Shown here one piece after another: positions 17,354-25,674 of a stretch of DNA of 64,000 nucleotides. The DNA comes from a virus. Lineage: Duplodnaviria > Caudoviricetes. Under the pieces are notes generated by a model. It saw nothing but the letters and a program-made list of their open reading frames with translations, searched no databases and was not told the origin of the DNA. Position numbers and translations under genes: made by a program. The stretch lies in IMG/VR virus record IMGVR_UViG_3300028588_000019, positions 1-64,000 of that record; one strand, written 5' to 3'. Each line of letters begins with the position of its first letter. Within the stretch, counting starts at the first letter, position 1.

Positions 17354-17821
17354 ATGAGCAAGCGTCACGACATAAGCGGTCAAAAGTTTAATCAACTCAC
17401 TGTAACGAGTTTCTCGCACACAAGCCCAACAAGGCGTGCGATGTGGAATTGTGTCTGTGATTGTGGAGGCACAACAGTTGTGTCACTGCAAAACCTGCGC
17501 AATGAAAAGGTCAAAACTTGCGGGTGCATATTCACGTACCTCTGCCAAGATGAGATCTATGGTGTTTGGAGGGGTATGATTCAACGCTGTACCAATCCAA
17601 ACTCTGAAGGTTGGAAGCATTATGGTGGTCGAGGGATTACTGTCTGCGAACGATGGAAGTTGTTTAAGAACTTTCATGAAGATATGAGCCCGCGCCCTAG
17701 TCCCGAGTACCAGTTGGACCGCAAGAACAATGACGAAGGGTACTCAAAAGACAATTGTCATTGGATTACAGGCCTTGAGAACATTCAAAAGGCACACGCA
17801 ATTAAACGAAGTAAATCTTAA
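17354..17821 (+). CDS. HNH homing endonuclease
   Basis: WNCVCDCG, WRGMIQRCTNP, YGGRGITVCERW, LDRKNNDEGYSKDNCHW motifs; own extended -10 (TGGTATAAT) at about 17311. Confidence 0.9.
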   Translation: MSKRHDISGQKFNQLTVTSFSHTSPTRRAMWNCVCDCGGTTVVSLQNLRNEKVKTCGCIFTYLCQDEIYGVWRGMIQRCTNPNSEGWKHYGGRGITVCERWKLFKNFHEDMSPRPSPEYQLDRKNNDEGYSKDNCHWITGLENIQKAHAIKRSKS

Positions 17822-17843
17822 CAACGTAAAGGACAGACTAATC

Positions 17844-18122
17844 ATGAATAATCAGAACGCCCCGCAAACCGGTCAAGTATTCACCGGCGCAGGCATCGAC
17901 TACTACCGCTTGACCACACTCAAGCATGCTCTGAAACTGGAGTCCAAAGGCTTGAAGTCACGCGGAGGAGCACTTCGTCCGCAGTGGCATGCGCAACTTG
18001 GCCTTCGTTCACGTGACTCTTACCTCGTTTTCGTGAACAGGATCATTGACTTGCAGAACGAGTATCTCAAAGCTAATGGAACACCAGCTGAAAAGCTCAT
18101 TCCACATCTGGAGTCATTATAA
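17844..18122 (+). CDS. Hypothetical protein
   Basis: AAAGGA RBS; LKHALKLESKGLK motif. Confidence 0.65.
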   Translation: MNNQNAPQTGQVFTGAGIDYYRLTTLKHALKLESKGLKSRGGALRPQWHAQLGLRSRDSYLVFVNRIIDLQNEYLKANGTPAEKLIPHLESL

Positions 18123-18421
18123 GACGCAGAGTCGACGCCAAAATAAATTGTAACAGTTCCGTCCAATTGCGCGCAAACAAGCCCACAGCACCGAAAATCG
18201 GTTAAACTGGGCGTGTTGGTGCAGTAATTAGCGGGGTTTTGGGGGGTTTTTGGGTGCGGGTGCGCCCTACCCCCTAACCTAGTGCGCAAAACAGCGCCTA
18301 GGGTGCTTGCCGTGCGCGGCAGCTACCTTGCGGGTTACATGGTAAGTCCCCACGTTGCAGCTGCAAGGGGGTTTACCGGGTAATCTTGCCCAAGTTCTTT
18401 CACAATCTAAGGAGAAACACC

Positions 18422-19198
18422 ATGGCACAAGCTCAAACCTCCGCAGCTCCTGGCAAAACCAAAGCTGCGCCACGCGCATCCCGCGCAAAGAAACCGCAAG
18501 CTGAGCAAGTCGTGCAGACGACTGGCAATGCAACGGGCCCTGGCGGCAAGAACATGCCAGAAGTCACCGCGCAGAACCAGAACCCGCCTGAAATCACGCA
18601 AGAGCAGCGTCAAGGTGAACGTCGTCAGCAACAGCAGAGCGCAATCGCGCGCTTTGCCAACCAGTCGATGGACACCCCGGCAGCTCACAACGTGCCTGAA
18701 GTCACGGACGAACAGCGTAAGCTGATCGCCTTCCAGGAGCAGATGCGCATCACCGCTGAGCAGTTCGGTGTGCAGCTTCCGCCAAACCTCGAAGACGTGC
18801 TCAACGGCAAGGTTGAACAGCCGCAAGCTCAAGGCGCGCAGGGTGCACAACGTGCTCCGCGCAACGCTGACAGCCAGAACGGTGTCACGCGCCCTGCCAA
18901 GGGTACGAAGACCGGTCAGGTGTGGGACGCAGCCGACGCAATCTCGACCAGCAAGAACGGCCAACCGGCCACGATTGCTGAAGTCAAAGAGAAGTTGGCT
19001 GGTAGCGTCAACGACGCCACGACCCGCACGCAGTATTCGCGGTGGCGTAACTACCACGGCATCAAAGGCCGGCTCGATGCTCAACCTCAGCAGCAACAAG
19101 CTGCCAGTCCTGAAGGACGTGACGAGGGTATCGAGAAAGCCTTCGGTCGTCGCAAGGACGATGTCGACCGTCGCCAAGCTGAACCAGCTGCACAGTAA
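18422..19198 (+). CDS. Gln/Ala-rich protein with C-terminal wHTH-like domain (paralog family member 2)
   Basis: AAGGAG RBS; NGVTRPAKGTKTGQVWDAAD...VNDATTRTQYSRWR. Confidence 0.8.
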   Translation: MAQAQTSAAPGKTKAAPRASRAKKPQAEQVVQTTGNATGPGGKNMPEVTAQNQNPPEITQEQRQGERRQQQQSAIARFANQSMDTPAAHNVPEVTDEQRKLIAFQEQMRITAEQFGVQLPPNLEDVLNGKVEQPQAQGAQGAQRAPRNADSQNGVTRPAKGTKTGQVWDAADAISTSKNGQPATIAEVKEKLAGSVNDATTRTQYSRWRNYHGIKGRLDAQPQQQQAASPEGRDEGIEKAFGRRKDDVDRRQAEPAAQ

Positions 19199-19207
19199 TA
19201 CAATTTC

Positions 19208-19238
19208 AACCCCGCCCTGAACCAGCGGGGTTTTTTAT
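19208..19238 (+). terminator. Intrinsic terminator
   Basis: AACCCCGC-loop-GCGGGGTT followed by a T run. Confidence 0.7.
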
Positions 19239-19261
19239 TGGCAAAACTTTAGGAGTTAATC

Positions 19262-19435
19262 ATGATGAGTGGTGAAAAGCTTTACGCACTCTACGAAGAG
19301 GGGAACTCCACGTTGAACAATTGTATCGTCGACACTTGGGAGCAGTTATCAACTGACGACAAAGCTGTTTGGGAGCGCATGGCAGAAGATATCAACGACC
19401 ATACGCAACGTGCCATTACCGACGTATTCACCTAA
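19262..19435 (+). CDS. Small protein (57 aa)
   Basis: AGGAG RBS; its stop TAA abuts hammerhead 1. Confidence 0.6.
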   Translation: MMSGEKLYALYEEGNSTLNNCIVDTWEQLSTDDKAVWERMAEDINDHTQRAITDVFT

Positions 19436-19484
19436 CCACACTGACGAGACCTCAATGGTCGAAACCGCTTCGGCGGTCTGTGGT
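19435..19484 (+). ncRNA. Type I hammerhead ribozyme 1
   Basis: ACCACA CTGACGA GAC-CTCAATG-GTC GAAA CCGC-TTCG-GCGG TC TGTGGT: intact core, three stems, predicted cleavage after C19478. Confidence 0.92.
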
Positions 19485-19514
19485 ATGTGCCACGAGTAAC
19501 AGAAAGGAAGTAAG

Positions 19515-19796
19515 ATGGCAAAGATGTTTATGACAATCAAAACGGTCTATCATATTCGAGGTAAGTCTCCGAAAGTTAACCGTTCATACAACGCAAACAG
19601 AGCAGTCATGCAATGCGTCGCTCACATGCAAATCAACCACTACGGAGCACACGTTGCTGAAGTGTACGATGATGGCACAGGTGAACTGCATGCACAGGTC
19701 AAGCGCAAAGCAGACGGTTCGTTGCACATTCACTTCCAACGTGACCCGCAGAACTTCGAAACCAAGTACGCCATGTCCCATCTTTTAGGCCTTTAA
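19515..19796 (+). CDS. Hypothetical protein
   Basis: AAAGGA RBS just downstream of hammerhead 1. Confidence 0.65.
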   Translation: MAKMFMTIKTVYHIRGKSPKVNRSYNANRAVMQCVAHMQINHYGAHVAEVYDDGTGELHAQVKRKADGSLHIHFQRDPQNFETKYAMSHLLGL

Positions 19797-19806
19797 GGAG
19801 TTAGCC

Positions 19807-20046
19807 ATGAATAGTCAGATCCCGAGCAACTATACCTGCATGATTGACGAGTACCAGCGCAAGCTGATGCACGACGTGTTCCAGGCTGTGCTCCTGCGCG
19901 ACGATATGCGTGCACACTTAACCACACTAGAAGGATCCTTCGCGGACAACGCTCTGGAGGAACTGGAGATACTGCGTGACATGCTTAAGGATCTTCCCGA
20001 GCAAGAACAAAAGAGCCCAGGCGTAACTCACGGGCTGTGCCTGTAG
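19807..20046 (+). CDS. Hypothetical protein
   Basis: AAGGAG RBS; 79 aa. Confidence 0.65.
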   Translation: MNSQIPSNYTCMIDEYQRKLMHDVFQAVLLRDDMRAHLTTLEGSFADNALEELEILRDMLKDLPEQEQKSPGVTHGLCL

Positions 20047-20054
20047 TAATCACG

Positions 20055-20081
20055 AAGGGCTGAGTAGAGCCCTTTTATTTT
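20055..20081 (+). terminator. Intrinsic terminator
   Basis: AAGGGCT-GAGTAG-AGCCCTT followed by TTATTTT. Confidence 0.6.
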
Positions 20082-20096
20082 AATGAGGAGGTAATC

Positions 20097-20270
20097 GTGA
20101 ATAGTCTTGATCGGAGAATCGTACGTAGTCGTAATAAGCGAGAGGGTTGCTACTACGACCGACCTATTTGGTGGAAATACAAAAATGGTCCAAACCGTAA
20201 GAAACGGAACGAGTTAAAGCTGGTGCAACGCGGGAAGAAGTTTAGTACCACTCGGACCAAGAAAGTTTAA
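20097..20270 (+). CDS. Small basic protein (57 aa)
   Basis: GAGGAGG RBS, GTG start, K/R-rich; its stop abuts hammerhead 2. Confidence 0.6.
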   Translation: MNSLDRRIVRSRNKREGCYYDRPIWWKYKNGPNRKKRNELKLVQRGKKFSTTRTKKV

Positions 20271-20331
20271 CCACACTGACGAGCGCTAGTGCGCGAAACC
20301 GTGGCACGGAATATTGTGCGCGGTCTGTGGT
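20270..20331 (+). ncRNA. Type I hammerhead ribozyme 2
   Basis: ACCACA CTGACGA GCGC-TAGT-GCGC GAAA CCG..GCAC-loop-GTGC..CGG TC TGTGGT; predicted cleavage after C20325. Confidence 0.9.
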
Positions 20332-20650
20332 AGAAGTGAACAGTTTGCTGTTATTTGGGTTAGTATATGACAAATAATGGGTGCTTACCCTATGTAAACG
20401 TACTATAAATTAAGTAAAAAAGAAGATTATATATAGTATAGGTAGGAACACCCACCCTCCCGGGATGGTTTCGCAGCCCCAACACCACCCACAAATAACG
20501 CTAAAGCATAACTTGCTCGTTATTATGGCAATTAACTGTATATACTACCCTACCCCCGGCTGTTGTTTATTGCGTTAGCCCTGTTTCAGCACTATACAGG
20601 GGAGGGGTAGGGTGTTATATTAGTGGTTTCCCCACCACGCAAGGATCACC

Positions 20651-21316
20651 ATGCCCCCGATTCAACTACTTAACCATGTCAATCTTGAAACAGCTTACCT
20701 GCTGCCTGATTTCCCATACAGCTTCGGGACCAAAACGAAAGCTCGCTATTGGATTGAAACCCGCCAAGCATACGGGCAGCGGCTGTACACACAGTTCTGC
20801 GCACCTCGTTCGGAAAGCTGGTACAAGCCGAAGCCAAGCCTGTACAGCGACATCATTGTGATGACGGTGGACACCAATGGCTATGACGCTGGCTTAGTTG
20901 TCCCGCACTTTATCGACGTGCAATCATTAAACGCAGAGCAGCTCAAGCAGTTTGCGGAATATTTCGTCCTAACCCCTTTCCAAAAGGATCGTGTGATGAA
21001 GGGTCTTGCCCGGAACAATGTCCACTATGCCCCAAAGTGGCGCAACAGTGAGGGGCTTAACCTGCGCTTGCATATGATGGCTGAAACTAAACCAACTGCG
21101 TTGGAGCAAGTCACTAGAGGGGTAAACAGTGTGGGTATCACAACACAGTCTGCGGAGGATGCGCTCAAGGAACAACGTCGCCGCGAACGGGAAGCTAAGA
21201 CCATTATCAACACGCCCACCCCGGTCGCAAGGATGCCTAATGCAGACGCTGACGATACGACGGGCATGACCCCAGAGCAAATCGCTGTTTACAACGACCT
21301 GATGGGGAAGAGCTGA
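20651..21316 (+). CDS. Conserved phage hypothetical protein
   Basis: 221 aa; FPYSFG...RYWIE...WYKPKPSLY motif. Confidence 0.7.
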   Translation: MPPIQLLNHVNLETAYLLPDFPYSFGTKTKARYWIETRQAYGQRLYTQFCAPRSESWYKPKPSLYSDIIVMTVDTNGYDAGLVVPHFIDVQSLNAEQLKQFAEYFVLTPFQKDRVMKGLARNNVHYAPKWRNSEGLNLRLHMMAETKPTALEQVTRGVNSVGITTQSAEDALKEQRRREREAKTIINTPTPVARMPNADADDTTGMTPEQIAVYNDLMGKS

Positions 21317-21732
21317 TGACCTTCGACTTTATGAGCCTACCGCGCTCCGTCCAATCGGACGTCAAACCAATTGCTGAGCTCCAAGTGTACCATGTGGATG
21401 CACAGCTGGACGATGACCACACTTGGCCGGTTCTGTACCGCGCTCACTCACGCGTGGAATTCGCAGACTACTACGTCAGCGCTTCAGTCTGGTTTGCAGC
21501 TTACCGCATCCTGGACTACACGCCGTGTGGCGTTTGGATTTCGCAAGGTGTGCAGAAGCGCAAGTTCGTCAATCTCAAAGCTGTTAAGCAATGGGCTTAC
21601 CTTACTAAGGAAGAAGCCCTGCACAGCCTGAACCGGCGTAAGCAAATGCACGTTCGCCATCTTACACACGAACTTGCAGCGGCCGAGGCCCTTGCAGACT
21701 ACGTTCAGCGCACGATGGAGCATAACAAATGA
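21316..21732 (+). CDS. Hypothetical protein
   Basis: TGATG coupling; TPCGVWI...KQWAYLTKEEAL motif. Confidence 0.7.
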   Translation: MTFDFMSLPRSVQSDVKPIAELQVYHVDAQLDDDHTWPVLYRAHSRVEFADYYVSASVWFAAYRILDYTPCGVWISQGVQKRKFVNLKAVKQWAYLTKEEALHSLNRRKQMHVRHLTHELAAAEALADYVQRTMEHNK

Positions 21733-21840
21733 CACAGCAATACGATAAGCCCGTCACCCGGCATTTGTCGGTAACGGGTATTTCGAAGAAGATGTATTCA
21801 ACCAGATGTACGAAGATTTAGCTCCCGAGAAAGGAAGATA

Positions 21841-22116
21841 ATGGACTATAAATACCTCACATTCAAAACCGAGCGTTCTAGGATCCGCATAGCTAGGATT
21901 CTGAAGCTACTGGAAACTCCCATGACCCGCGACAAGCTGGAGGAATGTGGTTATATGAGCAAGACAACAGCGATTTACTGTCTACGTCATTTGCGAGAAT
22001 GTACGCCGCCGAAAATCTTCATCAGTGGCTACGAAGAACGTTTTCAAAACAGGCCTGCGCCGGTCTATTCATTAGGTGCGGGTCCGGACGTTCAACCGCC
22101 ACGGAAGGTTGCATGA
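21841..22116 (+). CDS. Winged-HTH protein
   Basis: MTRDKLEECGYMSKTTAIYCLRHL...PVYSLG. Confidence 0.6.
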   Translation: MDYKYLTFKTERSRIRIARILKLLETPMTRDKLEECGYMSKTTAIYCLRHLRECTPPKIFISGYEERFQNRPAPVYSLGAGPDVQPPRKVA

Positions 22117-22191
22117 ACAAATGGCGCTGCCGCTATTGCGGTGTATGGAACCGACCAACCGCTGTCATTTGCTGGTGCAGGAGGAAAATTA

Positions 22192-22416
22192 ATGAGCGAA
22201 CCTAAAGCGTACGACTACGTGATTGCCGCTGCTAAACTGGCTGCTCGCGATATGAAGCGTCTGAAAGCAAAGCCGCACATTGTCCAGATTCGTGATTTGG
22301 GTGGTACAGTTTTTTATGCGGTTTATAGGAACCGAAATGCTGTTCGTTTGATAGGTTACGTCAACAGCTTGGACCAGCTAACGCAAAATTGGGCCTACAT
22401 AACGCGGATGCCCTAA
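22192..22416 (+). CDS. Hypothetical protein
   Basis: GGAGG RBS; starts MSEPKAY. Confidence 0.6.
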   Translation: MSEPKAYDYVIAAAKLAARDMKRLKAKPHIVQIRDLGGTVFYAVYRNRNAVRLIGYVNSLDQLTQNWAYITRMP

Positions 22417-22507
22417 TAGCTGGAAATAAATTAAATTTCAGCCAATGCACTGTGGTATAATACTTACAGTGCATTTACGGAAGTTTATCAAAATACTAGA
22501 GGGTTAC

Positions 22508-22693
22508 ATGTTCAACAGTCCAGAACGACTCAAGCGTCTCGATGAGACTTGCATGCTCTGCGCCCAAAGGTTCGGAGATCATAGCGTCCACAACGAGTGC
22601 CCTACGATGAAGGAACGTAAGATCGTTCGGCACCATTTTGAAACCACCTTGTTCCGCGGAACGGGTCATTACAGGGAGCGACTGAAAGAATGA
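22508..22693 (+). CDS. Small Cys/His protein
   Basis: CMLCAQRFGDHSVHNEC; preceded by TGGTATAAT. Confidence 0.55.
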   Translation: MFNSPERLKRLDETCMLCAQRFGDHSVHNECPTMKERKIVRHHFETTLFRGTGHYRERLKE

Positions 22694-23016
22694 CGTACAA
22701 GACAGTAATCTGTGAAAACTTAGACTGCCGAAAGCAGTTTAAAGCACGCCTTGCGGACATTGCGCGGGGCTGGGGTCGTTTCTGCTGCAAAAGCTGTAAA
22801 GCTGCTGTACAGTCCCGTAACGGGGGTAAGCTACCAGCACTGCCCAAGCGGGGTAAACGCGCAGCACAACCCCGTAGGTTGCAACCAAAGGACCGTCCGC
22901 GCTACGCTACAACGCAACCTAAGCGCCCCGTAAACCATTGGGAAGTTGAGCATCAGCGGGCAAAAGACAATTTTGATGAGTACGATCGTATTTGCGCTGA
23001 GGAGGACCAGCAATGA
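22690..23016 (+). CDS. Zn-finger-like basic protein
   Basis: CENLDC...GRFCCKSC. Confidence 0.65.
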   Translation: MTYKTVICENLDCRKQFKARLADIARGWGRFCCKSCKAAVQSRNGGKLPALPKRGKRAAQPRRLQPKDRPRYATTQPKRPVNHWEVEHQRAKDNFDEYDRICAEEDQQ

Positions 23017-23186
23017 AGCCTTCCGGTGCACTTATCTTCGTCCGTACGACAAAGACCTACAACGTTGAAATGCCCTTGTACAGGCTGTACACCAAGTCTG
23101 GTTCAGCTGCTGGCGTTTACGCAAGTCACAGCGACGCTGCACGCTTCGCAGCTAAAAGCAATCTCGTGCATGTAGGTCCACAATGA
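23013..23186 (+). CDS. Small hypothetical protein
   Basis: GAGGAGG RBS; ATGA overlap. Confidence 0.5.
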   Translation: MKPSGALIFVRTTKTYNVEMPLYRLYTKSGSAAGVYASHSDAARFAAKSNLVHVGPQ

Positions 23187-23308
23187 ACCGTATCTGCAAA
23201 GTTTGCGGTCAACCCAAGGGCCTACCCATTCACACCGCTTGCAGTAGACAACTCAAAGCGGTCAAACGCTTAGCAGCTATTGCTAAGAAACAATCAGGTC
23301 TTAAATAG
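23183..23308 (+). CDS. Small Cys-containing peptide
   Basis: MNRICKVCGQPKG..H..C; ATGA overlap. Confidence 0.45.
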   Translation: MNRICKVCGQPKGLPIHTACSRQLKAVKRLAAIAKKQSGLK

Positions 23309-23316
23309 GAGGTATA

Positions 23317-23508
23317 ATGAAGTACAAAGCATTTTACAAATGTCGCTGGTGTCAGGGGGTTTTTAGCTATAGTGTGCCTGAAAACCACCGTAACAATCCG
23401 GTCGGTCTCACCATGCAACATTCGATGGTGACAACGCATAAGTGCGACGACATCCGAACAGGAATCGCTGACCTCATAGGCGTTAAGACGGAGAACTTAA
23501 ATGATTAA
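23317..23508 (+). CDS. Small Zn-ribbon protein
   Basis: GGAGG RBS; YKCRWC...HKC...GIADLIG. Confidence 0.65.
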   Translation: MKYKAFYKCRWCQGVFSYSVPENHRNNPVGLTMQHSMVTTHKCDDIRTGIADLIGVKTENLND

Positions 23509-23788
23509 CGCAACCAACTTCAAAACCCTCGACCTCAAGAAAGTAATTGAGCGCGCCAACGAAATCCTGTGCTGTCTGCCACTGCTTGATCCGCATGTGG
23601 CCTACGGTCTTGAGATTGCTGAAGGTCGTTTGACCGGGCAAGACATTGTATCTCGTCACGAACCGCTGGACCTGTGGGAGAAGCTGGCGTGGCAAATGGT
23701 TTACGCAGAGCTTCGAGAGCAATGCATTCGTGACGGTGACCCGAGCGTTGAAAAGCGCCCAGTCAATTGGAATGGTGGTTTGACCTAA
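23501..23788 (+). CDS. Hypothetical protein
   Basis: GGAG RBS; 95 aa. Confidence 0.6.
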   Translation: MINATNFKTLDLKKVIERANEILCCLPLLDPHVAYGLEIAEGRLTGQDIVSRHEPLDLWEKLAWQMVYAELREQCIRDGDPSVEKRPVNWNGGLT

Positions 23789-23837
23789 GTACCAGCCACA
23801 GCGTCGTGACAGGGCGCTGTAACGGGTGCTTTACCCG
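23789..23837 (+). repeat. Two-hairpin intergenic element, copy 8 (variant C)
   Basis: After TAA: ACAGCGTC-GTGACAG-GGCGCTGT + AA + CGGGT-GCTTT-ACCCG + ACAAC-AGAGGAG. Confidence 0.65.
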
Positions 23838-23855
23838 ACAACAGAGGAGAATGAG

Positions 23856-24059
23856 ATGGTAAACGTTTTAATCACCACGACGATGATGGATGTTTTTGAC
23901 GGTGTAAGCTGTTCGGTCCACACCGTCGTGGTCCCTTGCAATTCGATGGAGGAGGCGCGCAGGGTTGCAGAGAAGGTCAATGACGCGCAGAACACACGAG
24001 GTGAATTGAAATTGGGTGGTGCCGCAAAATACCTCCAAACTGCAATGGTGCTCGCATGA
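23856..24059 (+). CDS. Hypothetical protein
   Basis: GAGGAG RBS; starts MVNVLITT. Confidence 0.6.
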   Translation: MVNVLITTTMMDVFDGVSCSVHTVVVPCNSMEEARRVAEKVNDAQNTRGELKLGGAAKYLQTAMVLA

Positions 24060-24259
24060 ACATCGACCAACTTCGCGCCTGGCACATGGCTCGTGCTGCA
24101 ACATACCGCCAGTCGGCGGACAACACTGCCAAGTTACCCCACGCAAACGAACCACGCCAGCGCAGTGTAATCAAACGCGCCCACGAGAACGCTAACTTTC
24201 ACGTTAAATGTGTGGCGGCAATCGACGAGGTTCTTGAAGAACTGGAACCTGTGGCATGA
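24056..24259 (+). CDS. Hypothetical protein
   Basis: ATGA overlap; 67 aa. Confidence 0.6.
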   Translation: MNIDQLRAWHMARAATYRQSADNTAKLPHANEPRQRSVIKRAHENANFHVKCVAAIDEVLEELEPVA

Positions 24260-24525
24260 ACCGCCGTTTTGAAACCATCGAAGCAGCTGTCTTACACATG
24301 CAGGCCGCTTATGCAAAGTTGAGTCCAAGTGTGGTCACCTGGCACGTGCTTGAGCCCGAAGATAAACCTCAAGCACTATTGTTCATCTCTCAGCATTTCG
24401 TAAAGCTTGCAGATTGTGAAGAGATCTACACCGCATGGGTGACTTATGCCTTCGCACTCGGGGACATGGAGGTTGTATTCGAGCAAACACCCTACCACAC
24501 CGGATCCCCGGATCGACCCCACTAG
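24256..24525 (+). CDS. Hypothetical protein
   Basis: ATGA overlap; 89 aa. Confidence 0.6.
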   Translation: MNRRFETIEAAVLHMQAAYAKLSPSVVTWHVLEPEDKPQALLFISQHFVKLADCEEIYTAWVTYAFALGDMEVVFEQTPYHTGSPDRPH

Positions 24526-24592
24526 ACGCCTTAACGGGTGTATAATGGGGGTTGCAGTACACCCCGTTACCTTAACAATTTAGGAGTAGTAA

Positions 24593-24799
24593 ATGGATAT
24601 GCGAGTGCGCGAAAAGACGGACACCGATCGCCAAAACGACATCAACCGTCTTTCGCACCAAGAAATGGCGGAAATCATGCATTTCACGCCGAATAACCAC
24701 ACTTACCGCACTGGCCCATACCGCGCCATGTTCGACGCACGATTCAAGCGGCTGGGTGGTATGACCAAAGAACTGAAAAAAGAACTTGCAGCCTACTGA
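24593..24799 (+). CDS. Hypothetical protein
   Basis: AGGAG RBS; its TGA stop lies inside the core of hammerhead 3. Confidence 0.65.
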   Translation: MDMRVREKTDTDRQNDINRLSHQEMAEIMHFTPNNHTYRTGPYRAMFDARFKRLGGMTKELKKELAAY

Positions 24800-24840
24800 T
24801 GAGCTCGTAAGAGCGAAACCGCCGAGAGGCGGTCTAGGCT
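24790..24840 (+). ncRNA. Type I hammerhead ribozyme 3
   Basis: AGCCTA CTGATGA GCTC-GTAA-GAGC GAAA CCGCC-GAGA-GGCGG TC TAGGCT; predicted cleavage after C24834. Confidence 0.93.
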
Positions 24841-24872
24841 TAATAACAAGTCTAACTAAACCGGAGGTTATT

Positions 24873-25142
24873 ATGTTTGGAGGAGCCAATAAGTCGGACA
24901 ACATGCGCCTGGAAATGGCAATTGCTGCGGCTTTAAAGAAAGAAGCACAGGAAAAGATTGCAGCAGGTATTGAACCTGAAGTCCCACGTGAGAAGATCAT
25001 TTGGAGTGCAACCTTTCCGGCATTACCGAAAATGAAGCCAATCCAGAGCGACGATCCTGTTCTGTTCAAACAGACCATTGATAAACTGCGTGCGCAACTT
25101 CCTGGAACGACGATTAACATCTACGAAATCCGCGGGCTGTAA
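24873..25142 (+). CDS. Hypothetical protein
   Basis: GGAGG RBS just downstream of hammerhead 3. Confidence 0.65.
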   Translation: MFGGANKSDNMRLEMAIAAALKKEAQEKIAAGIEPEVPREKIIWSATFPALPKMKPIQSDDPVLFKQTIDKLRAQLPGTTINIYEIRGL

Positions 25143-25143
25143 T

Positions 25144-25674
25144 ATGTCAAAAGTTATTGCAAGAGAGGTGCAGCAACGCCTCCATAAATTTGAACGTTGG
25201 TTGAAGTCACGTGGTGCCGAAATTCTTATAAACACCAACCAATACGAGTTAATCCGTTTTCGCGGAACCAAAGGTACGTCCATTGTTTACCGCAAGGACA
25301 ACCTTGATGCGGCTGCAAGCTTTTTCAACGAAGCTGAAGATGCTTGGTGCAACTATTTGGTGAACGGTCCGTGGCGTGCTATTTTGCCCACACCAAGGCA
25401 AGCCGGTCACCGCAATGGCGTCGAAATGCGCACCATCCGCGCACGCGACGGTAACGATTGCTTCTTTTGCTGTGAATACGTTACTGAGCACTCTGCAACA
25501 ATCGAGCATCTTGTTGCTCTTGGTCAGGGTGGACCGCAGCACATCAGCAACAAGTTCCTAGCCCACGGCGAGTGCAACATGCGCGCAGGTAACATTAGCG
25601 CACCGGAAAAGATTAAGATACACACTGACGCGCTTTTGCGCAAGAACGGAAGGAAGGTTTATGAACCAAGCTGA
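25144..25674 (+). CDS. HNH endonuclease with N-terminal extension
   Basis: RDGNDCFFC...TIEHLV...GG....N...AHGECN. Confidence 0.85.
   Translation: MSKVIAREVQQRLHKFERWLKSRGAEILINTNQYELIRFRGTKGTSIVYRKDNLDAAASFFNEAEDAWCNYLVNGPWRAILPTPRQAGHRNGVEMRTIRARDGNDCFFCCEYVTEHSATIEHLVALGQGGPQHISNKFLAHGECNMRAGNISAPEKIKIHTDALLRKNGRKVYEPS

Noticed and set aside
21311-21340. CTGATGA at a stop codon as a fourth hammerhead
   Set aside because: No stem II, GAAA or stem I pairing; it is a TGATG stop/start overlap. CTGAAGA at 14642 and 16218 and CTGACGA at 19352 fail in the same way
20537-22470. LexA (SOS) boxes at CTGT...ACAG sites
   Set aside because: Spacing is 11-12 nt rather than CTGT-N8-ACAG
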